Sequence record: NZ_CP027239.1 | Origin: a plasmid | Length of the DNA: 64,000 nucleotides | Direction: 5' to 3' (one strand) | Shown: in pieces, positions 26,347 to 35,572 of the stretch | Layout: each line of letters begins with the position of its first letter | How positions within the stretch are numbered: the stretch's first letter is position 1 | Position numbers and translations under genes: made by a program | The notes under the pieces: model-generated | Database searches by the model: none | What the model was told of the DNA's origin: nothing | What the model saw: only the letters and a program-made list of their open reading frames with translations

Positions 26347-27428
26347 TGTACTGACCACGGACGTTGTGTCACTGGTCGGCATGGCGGGCTGACATAAGGA
26401 AGACCTCCGTGTGAGGTGTGAAAGCGACAAAGCAACCACACTCACAACGGAGGTCTTCATGTCCCACGGTAACGCCCCGCTGACTCCGACGGGCAGGCTG
26501 CGTCTGGCCCGGTGTGTCGTCGAGGACGGCTGGACCCGTGTCCGTGCTGCCGAGCGGTTCAACGTCTCGGTGGGCACCGTGCGCAAGTGGGTCAACCGGT
26601 ATCGCGAGTACGGCAAGGACGGCATGGTCGATCGCTCCAGCCGGCCCCACCACAGCCCGGGCCGGACACCGCGGCGGCGGGAGCGGCGGGTGATCGGCCT
26701 GCGCGTGTCCCGCCGGTGGGGGCCGGCCCGGATTGCCTACCACCTGGGCATGCAGCCCTCGACCGTGCACAAGATCCTGTCCCGCTACGGCTGTCTGCGC
26801 CTGTCGTTCACCGACCCGGCCACCGGCGCCCCGGTGCGTGCCGGCAAGCGGCAGGTGCGCCGCTACGAGCACGAGGCACCGGGCGATCTGGTGCACGTGG
26901 ACATCAAGAAGCTCGGCCGCATCCCCGATGGCGGTGGTCACAAGGTCCTCGGCAGAGCCAAGGGAAAGCGCAACAGCAAGCGTCGAATGGGCTACTGGTA
27001 CATCCACAACGCTGTCGATGACCACTCGAGGCTGGCTTATAGCGAGCTGCTGGAAGATGAGCGCAAGGAGACCGCGGCCGAGTTCTGGAAGCGGGCCGAG
27101 GCCTTCTTCGCCGATGCCGGTATCACCGTGCGCCGGGTCCTGACCGACAACGGCAGCTGCTACCGCTCCCATGCCTTCGCCGACGCCCTCGGAACCGAGG
27201 TCACGCACAAGCGCACTCGCCCGTACCGGCCGCAGACCAACGGCAAAGTCGAGCGCTACAACCGCACGATGCTCGAGGAATGGGCCTACGCCGAACCCTA
27301 TTCCTGCGAAGCCGACCGCGCGGCACGTCTACCGGCCTTCCTGCACCACTACAATTTCCACCGCGGCCACACCGCGCTAAGAGGCGCCTCACCCGCAGAC
27401 CGCGTACACAACCTGCGTGGACAGTACA
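26347..27428 (+). mobile_element. IS481-family insertion sequence (1082 bp) flanked by the 6-bp target-site duplication ACTAGC (26341-26346 and 27429-27434).
   Basis: Terminal inverted repeats TGTACTGACCACG (left) and CGTGGACAGTACA (right) match 12/13. The NCTAGN-type target duplication is typical of IS481. The transposase stop codon TAG is supplied by the duplication. Confidence 0.75.
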
Positions 27429-27433
27429 ACTAG
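26459..27433 (+). CDS. IS481-family DDE transposase.
   Basis: 324 aa. GGAGG SD. N-terminal HTH (GWTRVRAAERFNVSVGTVRKWVNRYRE). DDE integrase core with HVDIKKLGRIP...VLTDNGSCYRS...RPQTNGKVERYNRTM. Confidence 0.85.
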   Translation: MSHGNAPLTPTGRLRLARCVVEDGWTRVRAAERFNVSVGTVRKWVNRYREYGKDGMVDRSSRPHHSPGRTPRRRERRVIGLRVSRRWGPARIAYHLGMQPSTVHKILSRYGCLRLSFTDPATGAPVRAGKRQVRRYEHEAPGDLVHVDIKKLGRIPDGGGHKVLGRAKGKRNSKRRMGYWYIHNAVDDHSRLAYSELLEDERKETAAEFWKRAEAFFADAGITVRRVLTDNGSCYRSHAFADALGTEVTHKRTRPYRPQTNGKVERYNRTMLEEWAYAEPYSCEADRAARLPAFLHHYNFHRGHTALRGASPADRVHNLRGQYN

Positions 27434-27434
27434 C

Positions 27435-28282
27435 CCTTTGTCGGTAACGACTCCGGTAGCCTGCTGGTCGGCCACGGTGATGGATTCAGCAGTTCTGCCG
27501 GTCATCACCGTTACTCCGAGCTCGGCGAACAGGCTCTCGAAGGCGGCCACGAAGTTTCCTGCGCCGCCAGCCACGATGGGCAGACCAAATCCGTGCATCG
27601 TGGCGGCGAGGACCGGGATCATCATCCCGCCGGAAGCGTTGTCGGGCGACATCCCGGCGTGCAGTAGCCATGGCGCCCAGATTTGGTCCGCTTCGGTACC
27701 GTTGAACCGTGCCCTTGTGAATGACCGCCCGCTGGTCAGTGCGTCGCGGGCGAGCATTTCAACACCGTCGAGTTTCTGCTTGCGCAGTGCATCGAAACCC
27801 AGCTTCGCAAGGGTCTTCTTCGATCGCAGGTCTGACCCGAGGGCCCCGAACACTGTGCCTGAGCGTGCCCCCATCTCATCCAGCATCGCCACGTACGCAT
27901 CTTGGTCGTGGGCTTCGGCGAACCCTTCGGCCGTGCGCTGGGGGTCTCGATAAGCGACCGAGGTAAGGTCGCGGGCGACGCTCCCAGTGAGGGCAGCGTC
28001 GGTGTTTCGATACTCGAGTCCGTGCGCATGGAGTTTGTCGCCGATTGCGGCGTAGGCGCCGCCGGAGACGAAAAGCGGATGCCAAGAAGAATAGATGTCA
28101 TGTTCATATCCGGGCAGCGTTCGTTCGCCTGAGGCAATGAATCCACCTAGATTCTCATTGCGTTCAATGATCGCTACACGCCAGCCAGCCAAACCGAGCT
28201 CGGCGGCCGCGACGAGGCCATTTACGCCAGATCCGATCACAACTGCGTCAAAAGGTTCCATGATCTGTGCTCTCGCTTCCAC
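27435..28282 (-). pseudogene. N-terminal fragment of the IS-disrupted CrtI-family FAD oxidoreductase gene.
   Basis: Rossmann dinucleotide motif DAVVIGSGVNGLVAAAELGLAGWRVAIIERNENLGG. The last 14 codons of track ORF 27389..28282 read into the IS. Confidence 0.6.
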
Positions 28283-28802
28283 TCGTTCCGCTGGCTCCAG
28301 GCTGCGTGTTGCAACCTCGGGCTGACTCTCCTTGGCGACGTCGGAGCGCCTGTTGAATCAGGCGGGCTGAGCACTCGACATGTGATGGGTACCGTTCAAC
28401 CGCTCGTGCCCGACGCGTGTTCGATTGCTGATCGTCAAGTGCAGGAGTTCTGTGTTCAATGATCGGGCACCGGCGGCGTTCCCGCGGTCGATTTCGTGCA
28501 TCGGGTCGGTCTTCGGCGGAAAGTGGCCGGAGCGCCGCGGAATTTGGCTGTGACGCGCATCTCCAGGGATCCTAACGTGAGATGCAGCGCACTGGCCTGC
28601 GGGTTTAAGAGGAGCCGAGTTCGGTCAGAAGAAGCTATTCCTGATTATGCAGACGGTGAAACACCGCATAGGAGGAATTGGCCATGGCAAAAGTGCCTAC
28701 CGCACGCAGTGATCATCGCTCTCTGGCACCGAGGAACGGCAGTCGCTCGCGGCGTCGCGGTCGCGGACCACTTGGTGGACCGTCCGCTGTGTGCCTGGGT
28801 GC

Positions 28803-29123
28803 TCAGTAAGCGGCGCCGAGCTCAATTAGGAGTACGCCGCCGACAATGAGGATGACGCCGAGCCCCATCAACCAGGTAAGGGGCTCCCTGAACAGGAAAC
28901 GGCTGATGATCGCCGTCAACGCCACCCCAGAGGCGGCCCAAATTCCGTAGGCGACACCGAGAGCCATGCCGGCGGCCAACGCCAACGACAGCATCGTGAA
29001 CGCCAGTAAGTACCCGACGGCCACGCCCGCGTACCAGAGCTTTTTGTCCACAGCGATGCGCAGTGAGATAGTGCCGAACACCTCAAATGCGATGGCGGCG
29101 ATGAGAAAGAGCCAGGTCATCGG
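28803..29123 (-). CDS. SMR-family small multidrug/guanidinium-type efflux subunit, second subunit of a pair.
   Basis: 106 aa from the internal ATG (MTWLF...). Four TM helices. Conserved membrane-embedded Glu in TM1 (AFEVFGT). Confidence 0.75.
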   Translation of the reverse strand, partial: PMTWLFLIAAIAFEVFGTISLRIAVDKKLWYAGVAVGYLLAFTMLSLALAAGMALGVAYGIWAASGVALTAIISRFLFREPLTWLMGLGVILIVGGVLLIELGAAY

Positions 29124-29482
29124 GCCACCTCGCCCTTCTTGTTCTTGTGTCCCATCTGGGCGCCGAGTTCCACACACAGCACTCCACCGATTACGACGAC
29201 GGTGCCGATACTCATCAGCGTGGTCAGCGGCTCATTGAAAAACACCATCGACAACAATGCCGTCAACGCGACCCCGGATGCGCCCCAAATACCGTAGGCG
29301 ACACCAAGGGCCATTCCTGTGCGCAGTACCAGAGCCAGGAACACGAACGCCCCCACATAGCCGATCACGACGACCGCATAGAGAGCAGGCGCATTAAGCG
29401 CGGCCTTCAGTGACAGCGATCCCGCGACCTCCAATAGGATCGCGCCGACCAGCAACAGCCACCCCTTCGCTTGTCGGCTCAC
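29117..29482 (-). CDS. SMR-family efflux subunit, first subunit of the pair.
   Basis: 121 aa with four TM helices. LLEVAGSLSLK with a conserved Glu. Overlaps its partner by 7 nt. Confidence 0.75.
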   Translation of the reverse strand: MSRQAKGWLLLVGAILLEVAGSLSLKAALNAPALYAVVVIGYVGAFVFLALVLRTGMALGVAYGIWGASGVALTALLSMVFFNEPLTTLMSIGTVVVIGGVLCVELGAQMGHKNKKGEVAR

Positions 29483-30006
29483 TTTGCCCCACCTTCGTCC
29501 AGCAATCTCATCGCAGCCGAATACACTGCGTCTTCCTCATCCCCGCGAACCGCCTGAATGCCAAGTCCTTTGTTGAACCACGCCCCGTCAGCCAGGAGCC
29601 TGGCGGCCCGCAGCGCACCACGCTGCCGGGGTGTCCCTGTGATCTCGGTCCCGAACCACGGGTCCATGCGTTGCGTCCACTGGGCTGCCAGCATTTCCCT
29701 CAGTCGGACGTCGACCAGCAGCGCAAGGTCGCTCTGGTCGAACTCTCCCGTCACCGCGTGCTCCACGTAGGCTCGCAATCTTTCGGCTGGGCTGCTGTCC
29801 TCTCCTGCCTGCTTGCGCAGCACTGTCAACCACCGATCTGCGATCCGGTCCACCACCGCCAGCACCAATGCCTCCTTAGTTTCAAAGTGGTGCACTACCC
29901 CTGGCTTCGTCAGGCCAGCCTCGCGCGCAACAGCATCGATCGCGAACGGCTCACCACGGCGCAGCACTTCGATCGCATCATCAAGAATCTCCGGTTTCGT
30001 GGCCAT
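29479..30006 (-). CDS. TetR/AcrR-family transcriptional regulator.
   Basis: N-terminal HTH (AIDAVAREAGLTKPGVVHHFETKEAL). ATGA coupling to the downstream SMR gene. Confidence 0.8.
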   Translation of the reverse strand: MATKPEILDDAIEVLRRGEPFAIDAVAREAGLTKPGVVHHFETKEALVLAVVDRIADRWLTVLRKQAGEDSSPAERLRAYVEHAVTGEFDQSDLALLVDVRLREMLAAQWTQRMDPWFGTEITGTPRQRGALRAARLLADGAWFNKGLGIQAVRGDEEDAVYSAAMRLLDEGGAK

Positions 30007-30021
30007 GCCACCACCCTACCG

Positions 30022-30031
30022 ACCATATGGT
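30022..30031. promoter_or_regulatory. Palindrome ACCATATGGT nested in a larger imperfect inverted repeat (CTACC...GGTAG), about 20 nt upstream of the tetR start. Candidate TetR operator.
   Basis: Read directly. Its position relative to tetR-smr is typical for autoregulated TetR operators. Confidence 0.3.
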
Positions 30032-30154
30032 AGGTCAGAGAGCTTCGACCGTCGTGGGCTCCAGATAGCCGGGTCGGAGTCGCTGTTGAGGATCGTCCAA
30101 CGCGACAGCGATCCTCTGCTCGTGGACAGAAACGCGATCCGACAATGAGCCGAC

Positions 30155-31171
30155 TCAGGTGCCGTTGTGAGTCTCCCCGGCGCGGAGGTTCTCGTGTGGG
30201 GTGGCGCCGAACTGGCGGCGGTAGTCCGCAGAGAATCTCCCGTAGTTGTAGAACCCCCAGCGAGCGGCGACGGCCGTAGCGGTTGTGTCATGTGGGGAGG
30301 ACTGGATGAGTTCGTGGCGGGCTCGCTCCAGGCGGACCCGGTGTCGGTATCGCATTGGCGTTGTGCCGACATGGCGGGTGAACCCGTCTTGGAGTGCACG
30401 GACGCTCAACGCCACTTCGCGGGCGAGATCGGAGACGGATGCGTACTCGAGCGGATTCTCCTCCAGTGCCTCGACGGCCGCGCGGATCGGTCGGGGGCCG
30501 GTGAAGCCAGATGGCGCAGCGAGCGCTTCTGTGTAGTTGCTCGGGATGGAATGGATCAGACTGCTGACGGCCATTCGACTGAGGTGGTGTGCAGTTCGCG
30601 CGCGCTCCAGGACGCTGGCCTGTCCAAGTTCCATGCGGAGCAGGGTCATTATCGATTCCAACGCGCGAAAGGTGCCGACTGGGGGGTGGGGGTCGAACCG
30701 AATCGGTTTGAGCACTGTCCGCCCGAGGGTTTGTGCGATCTCGTCATGGACCAGCTGTGGGGCAAACCGCAGGGACGTCGCACTAGTGTCACTGAAGTAG
30801 TCGACGGCCGCGTCTTCCCCCGCAGAGACGACCACGCACTGGTGGCCCTCGGTGGCGATCTCCCGGCCGCCGAGTCGCGAGACAACCTGGCCGGTCGTGG
30901 AGATTAAGACGCTGTAGAAGGGGTTCTCTGGCAGGAGCATGGACGCGGTCGAGATGGAGAAGTTAGCGAACCACAGTCCAGGAAGCTGATGCTCTTGGAA
31001 CCGGACATCAACGACCCTGTTCAGCGGCGGTGAGTCGACCCGCGCGTCTGGGTAGACCTGGCTGAGCCGGGTGGACAACTCCGCAGGATCGCTTGTGGTG
31101 ACTGTCACTTCGGTCGGTGTGGGGGTGTTGTCGGCCGTCGAGGTCAGATGGGCATTCATGGTGCGCGTCAC
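30155..31171 (-). CDS. AraC/XylS-family transcriptional regulator.
   Basis: C-terminal double HTH (DLAREVALSVRALQDGFTRHVGTTPMRYRHRVRLERARHEL...WGFYNYGRFSADYRRQFGATP). Confidence 0.7.
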   Translation of the reverse strand: MTRTMNAHLTSTADNTPTPTEVTVTTSDPAELSTRLSQVYPDARVDSPPLNRVVDVRFQEHQLPGLWFANFSISTASMLLPENPFYSVLISTTGQVVSRLGGREIATEGHQCVVVSAGEDAAVDYFSDTSATSLRFAPQLVHDEIAQTLGRTVLKPIRFDPHPPVGTFRALESIMTLLRMELGQASVLERARTAHHLSRMAVSSLIHSIPSNYTEALAAPSGFTGPRPIRAAVEALEENPLEYASVSDLAREVALSVRALQDGFTRHVGTTPMRYRHRVRLERARHELIQSSPHDTTATAVAARWGFYNYGRFSADYRRQFGATPHENLRAGETHNGT

Positions 31172-31281
31172 CCTTGATTGGAGTGATGAGTATCACGCAT
31201 CAGTGTAGTCGCGGGTGTCGCCGCCATCAGGTGACTGGCCTCCCTTTGTTAAACGGGCAGGCCGCGGGACTGCCCGGGGTG

Positions 31282-32910
31282 TCACCGCGGCAGCCGTTTC
31301 CGGCGGGGGAGGGTAGTGCCTCGGACTAGTTGTTCCGCCGAGCGCTGGCCAGATACCGCGTTGACCCCTGCACCTGGCCACGTCGATGCGCCGGCGAGGT
31401 AGAGCCCGTCTATTGGCGTGCGGTAGCGCGACAGTGACATCGAGGGCCGCATGCCGATGAACTGGTCGAGGTGATGGCTGCCCGAGACCGAGTCCCCGCC
31501 GTGGAGGTTGGCGTTGCCGGATTGCAGGTCGCTAGGGCTCTCCGCCGCATGTCCGATGACTGACTCAGTGACTCCGGGAGCGTAACGTTCGAGTTTCTCC
31601 AGGATTCGCTGGACGAACGGCTCGGTCGCTTCGTCCCACGACCGGCCGGTGAGGTCGCCACCGGCGCCGTGCGGATTCGCGTCACCGGTGATCTCAGCGG
31701 GGACCATCCGGACTTGAATCCACACCGCGTGAAGCCGATCGTCCTCGCTGGTGTTGCGGCTCGGGTCGACGGTACTTGTTTGTCCGACCACTAACAGCGG
31801 TTCGTCAGGAAGAACCCCGGCGAGGGCCTGTTGGTAGGTGCGGGCCATGTCGTCGACGTAGGGCCCAAGATGCACGTAGGCCGAGTCCGCGAGACGACTG
31901 TCTTGCCATGGAATCGGACCCGAGAGTGCAAGGTGAAGCATGAAGGTCCCGGGCCCAAAGCGGAAGTTGTCGGCGGCGAGAGCCATCGAGGAAGGCACCG
32001 GCTGGTTGCGGAGCAGGCGGTGGACCACGGCCGGCAGCGTGGCAGTGGACAGGATGCCGTGACGGGCGGTGATGTGTTCCCCGTCTGCGAGTCGAACACC
32101 CTGGACACGCCCGCTTGCCACTTGGATCGACTCCACGGCCTTGCCGGTGTGGATAGGCACACCGCGGGTGGAGAGCATTGCGGCCAGCGCACGGGGAAGG
32201 TTGGAAGCCCCTCCTTTGACTACATTCATTCCGTGTTCGGCATCGGCGTACATCTCCAGCAGTGGGAAGATCGCCCCGGCCGCGACATCGGGAGCGAAAT
32301 CGACGTGCATGCCCCATGCTGCGGCCATTGATCGGGCCTCTGGAGATGCGAAGTATCTCTCGCCCAGCGAGCGGGTAGTGGAGGTCATGACCTGCAGGAG
32401 TTCGGACACGCTGGTGTGCTGCCGTTTGAAGAGCACCGAACGGATCACTGACGCGGTGCTGCGCGACGGGAAGACGTTGCTGGATAGCGGGCCGTAACTG
32501 CTGGCAACGTCGGCGAATACCTCGCTCAGGCGACGCCAGCCCTTGGCATCCCCTGGATCGTGCTCCTCCCACATGCGCTGGTTCTCGTCGGCGTCGTCGG
32601 AGATCCGGATACTGGGTGCGTTGGGAAACGCCGAGGCATACGCGTGGCGACAGTGTGAGAACTCGAGACCGGCCGAGGACAGCTCATCACCGTAAGTGGC
32701 ATAAAACGGTGAACCGAGGAAGAGGTTCATGTTCATGGCGTAGCGGTCGTGCACGAGACCGGGGCGCACTAGTTCACTGCTGCGGACCGCGCCGCCGATC
32801 TCGTCAGCCGCCTCCACCACAACGACCTTCAAACCCGCATCGGCGAGCGTGATGGCAGCGACAAGGCCCTGGTGGCCTGCACCGATGACGACGACGTCGG
32901 TTGTGGGCAT
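31282..32910 (-). CDS. CrtI/phytoene-desaturase-family NAD(P)/FAD-dependent oxidoreductase (intact paralog).
   Basis: Start at MPTTDVVVIGAGHQGLVAAITLADAGLKVVVVEAADEIGG. C-terminal GLYLAGASTWPGAGVNAVSG motif. The track ORF N-extension is rejected. Confidence 0.7.
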   Translation of the reverse strand: MPTTDVVVIGAGHQGLVAAITLADAGLKVVVVEAADEIGGAVRSSELVRPGLVHDRYAMNMNLFLGSPFYATYGDELSSAGLEFSHCRHAYASAFPNAPSIRISDDADENQRMWEEHDPGDAKGWRRLSEVFADVASSYGPLSSNVFPSRSTASVIRSVLFKRQHTSVSELLQVMTSTTRSLGERYFASPEARSMAAAWGMHVDFAPDVAAGAIFPLLEMYADAEHGMNVVKGGASNLPRALAAMLSTRGVPIHTGKAVESIQVASGRVQGVRLADGEHITARHGILSTATLPAVVHRLLRNQPVPSSMALAADNFRFGPGTFMLHLALSGPIPWQDSRLADSAYVHLGPYVDDMARTYQQALAGVLPDEPLLVVGQTSTVDPSRNTSEDDRLHAVWIQVRMVPAEITGDANPHGAGGDLTGRSWDEATEPFVQRILEKLERYAPGVTESVIGHAAESPSDLQSGNANLHGGDSVSGSHHLDQFIGMRPSMSLSRYRTPIDGLYLAGASTWPGAGVNAVSGQRSAEQLVRGTTLPRRKRLPR

Positions 32911-33016
32911 CAAGATGTCTCTGTTCTGCGCTGGTGACCGCAGGGCGGTCGACGGTGGTGAATGTACTGGGTGCTCTGGCGTGGCTGCGCTGGGGCAGCC
33001 ACGCCAGAGGCTGGTA

Positions 33017-33877
33017 TCAACGCCAGTCGGCGAGATTGTCGGCGAGGTAGTCGGAGAAGGTTCGCGCCGGTCGTCCGGTGAAGCGTCGCACCGTATCAAT
33101 GCGAGGGTTCAACAGGCCGGTGTCGTACATGAAATGCAGTCCGACCAATGAGTCGGCGACCCATCCGGGAACGCCGTCAGCAACGAAATTGGCGCGCGCT
33201 TCATCAACTGAGACCTTGCGATACTCAATGCTTGTGTCGAGCGCCTCGGCCACCTGGGCGGCGCACCCCGAGTAGGTGACTTCCTCGGGACCGGTGATGA
33301 GGATGGTCTCGTTCTGGTGGTTGTTCTCGAGCAGGACCTGGGCGGCAACTGCGCCGACGTCGCGAACATCAATCATGGTGATTCCGGCGTCAGGCCGCAC
33401 GGCGGCCTCCATGATCCCGTTCGCTCGGATGCGACCGGCGAACTGCACGGCCATGCTCTGCATGAACGAATGTGGGTGCAGGATGGTGTAGTCCAGCCCG
33501 CTGGCGGCGATGTAGCGGTCGTTGACGACGTGCCAGCGGCTGAATCCGCAGGGCGAGTCGTCTGCGGCCGTGTAGACCGACAGCTTCACAATGCTGTCGA
33601 CACCGGACTCTACGGCTGCGTCGACGAGTTTGTTCTGAACTTCGACCTGATCTTCGGCCGGCGGGGTCAACATGAACAAGCTGGTGACTCCCTGCATGAA
33701 GTCACGGACGTCCTCGTCGTTACGAACGTCGCCAATTACGACCTGCACGTTGTCGCCGCTCAGTTTCTGTGCCGATTCGGGACTGTGCGCGAGGGCCTTC
33801 ACCGGGACATTAGCCGCGGTCAATACCTCCATCAATGGTGCGCCGACCTGACCTGTGGAACCGATAACCCCGATCAT
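33017..33877 (-). CDS. NmrA-like/atypical SDR NAD(P)-binding protein.
   Basis: Start MIGVIGSTGQVG (Rossmann GxxGxxG) preceded by an AAAGGA SD. Confidence 0.7.
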   Translation of the reverse strand: MIGVIGSTGQVGAPLMEVLTAANVPVKALAHSPESAQKLSGDNVQVVIGDVRNDEDVRDFMQGVTSLFMLTPPAEDQVEVQNKLVDAAVESGVDSIVKLSVYTAADDSPCGFSRWHVVNDRYIAASGLDYTILHPHSFMQSMAVQFAGRIRANGIMEAAVRPDAGITMIDVRDVGAVAAQVLLENNHQNETILITGPEEVTYSGCAAQVAEALDTSIEYRKVSVDEARANFVADGVPGWVADSLVGLHFMYDTGLLNPRIDTVRRFTGRPARTFSDYLADNLADWR

Positions 33878-33996
33878 GGGATTCCTTTCGTTGCCGTGGC
33901 GGCTTGCCACGGATTGGTCCGCAGAATGCGAACCGCGTGTAGTGGATGAGTGTGCTTAGTTCGGTTAGAGGGCCGGCCGCTTTTTCCGGCCCGTGG

Positions 33997-35490
33997 TCAC
34001 GTGACCGGTGCCGTTATCGCGTGCGCCGCCGACGGCCGCAGTGTATGAGAAAGCGCGTCGGCTGCTTCGGCGCCCGCACAGGTGGAGTCTTGGGTGTGAG
34101 TGGCCCAGGCGACGTAGCCGTCGGGGCGGACGAGCGCCGCGGTGACTGCCGTCCAGCCGGCTGTATCGATTGCGTCTGCATCAGCGGCTACCGTGTGCAC
34201 ATCCTCGAGACCTTCGAGTGTGAGGTCGTCGCGATGAAGCAGCACAAAGCGGGGACGATCGAGCTGATCGAAGAGGCTCTGTCCGGCAGGACTGGTGAGC
34301 TGCACGTCGGGAGCGCGGGTGCCAACGATGGGAAGAGAACCCTCGGGCGCCAGGTAGCGCACTGCCAGCCCCGACAAGCGTAGGGCGAGTTCGTAGTTCA
34401 TCTCTGTCACCGAGCCAATGAGGTCGTTAGTCAGTGTGCGTAGACCTTGATCGCCCGGGGCGAAGGCTTTGATTACTGCGGTCTGAGCCTGACTGGTGGT
34501 CATCAGTGCTTGCCCGACAGGGTGGCGATCTGCGTGATAGCCCTCGAGGAGGTCTTCGTCGGCCGTTCCGTTGATGACGTGACCGAGCCGCCAGCCAAGG
34601 TTCAGCGCGTCCTGCAGGCCGATGTTGAGTCCGACTCCGCCAGCGGGGTAGTGAATGTGCGCTGAGTCGCCGGCCACGAAAACCCGCCCGTTTCGGTACT
34701 GCGACGCGAGCCGCGACGCGTCCCCGAACCGGGTCAACCAGACGGGGTCACGCATGCCGAAATCGTCTCCGGCCGTCCGGATCACCGTCTCTCGGAACTC
34801 GTCGAATTCGAGCGGGCCCTGTGGATCTTGGCGGGCAAGGTCGATGCCTGACACTCGATAGAAGCCACCGGGAACCGGTGCGACGAAGATGGCGCCGTGT
34901 TCACCGTGGCGAACGAAGCCGCGCTCGGGCGGAGAGTCGAGGTAGACCTCGCCGAGGAAGGACCAAAAGGTGACCTCTGAGCCGGGAAAGTCGATGCCGG
35001 CCGATTCGCGGACCACACTTCGGCCGCCATCACAGCCGACCAGGTACTCGACCTGTTCGGTGTAGTGCCCGTCGGGGCCATCGACCTCCAGCGTCACCTC
35101 ATCGGCGGACTGACTGGCTGAGATGACTCGGTGCTCACGACGCAGTTCCGCGCCGGCCGAAAGGGCTGCGGATTCGAGCGTGTTCTCGGTGCCGACCTGC
35201 GGGTAGGCCAGCACGAATGCGTATGGGCTCGGCAGTTTGGAGTAGTCGATGCTGTTCGGCAGCATGGCGTAGTGGTGCCGGGGCAGCCTGATGCCGCCAG
35301 CGAGCATGTCGTCGGCCAATCCGCGCATGGTGAGGATCTCGATCGTCCGGGCGTGGATGCCGAGGGCCTTGGAATAGGGAGAGCGTTCAGCTGCTGCTTC
35401 CAGCACGACTGTGCGCACTCCCTGCATCTGCAGTTCCCGGGCGAGCATGAGCCCGACGGGGCCGGCTCCGGCGATGGCTACTGTGGTCAC
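33997..35490 (-). CDS. FAD-dependent aromatic-ring monooxygenase (PheA/TfdB-like hydroxylase).
   Basis: GTG start with AAAGGAAG SD. AIAGAGPVGLMLARELQMQGVRTVVLE dinucleotide-binding motif. DG motif GCDGGRSVVR. GD motif VFVAGDSAHIHYPAGGVGLNIGLQDALNLGW. Confidence 0.7.
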   Translation of the reverse strand: MTTVAIAGAGPVGLMLARELQMQGVRTVVLEAAAERSPYSKALGIHARTIEILTMRGLADDMLAGGIRLPRHHYAMLPNSIDYSKLPSPYAFVLAYPQVGTENTLESAALSAGAELRREHRVISASQSADEVTLEVDGPDGHYTEQVEYLVGCDGGRSVVRESAGIDFPGSEVTFWSFLGEVYLDSPPERGFVRHGEHGAIFVAPVPGGFYRVSGIDLARQDPQGPLEFDEFRETVIRTAGDDFGMRDPVWLTRFGDASRLASQYRNGRVFVAGDSAHIHYPAGGVGLNIGLQDALNLGWRLGHVINGTADEDLLEGYHADRHPVGQALMTTSQAQTAVIKAFAPGDQGLRTLTNDLIGSVTEMNYELALRLSGLAVRYLAPEGSLPIVGTRAPDVQLTSPAGQSLFDQLDRPRFVLLHRDDLTLEGLEDVHTVAADADAIDTAGWTAVTAALVRPDGYVAWATHTQDSTCAGAEAADALSHTLRPSAAHAITAPVT

Positions 35491-35572
35491 GGCGTTCTTC
35501 CTTTTCGCAGGACGCCTCACCCGACTGCGCCTCGTAGCGCGCAGTCGAGTAGAGGTGTGGCGGTGGGTCGCT

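Noticed and set aside
28684-28809. 41-aa ORF (MAKVPTARSDHRSLAPRNGSRSRRRGRGPLGGPSAVCLGAQ) with a textbook AGGAGG-7nt-ATG ribosome-binding site.
   Set aside because: Third-position GC is only about 55% (real genes here are above 85%). It overlaps the 3' end of the SMR gene and the product is low-complexity. It is kept only as a weak leader-peptide or small-protein possibility.
30007-30154. Guanidine riboswitch (ykkC / mini-ykkC) upstream of the paired SMR genes.
   Set aside because: No ACGR-loop hairpin pair or ykkC-like conserved elements were seen. The leader instead contains a protein-operator-like palindrome, and the operon begins with a TetR gene.
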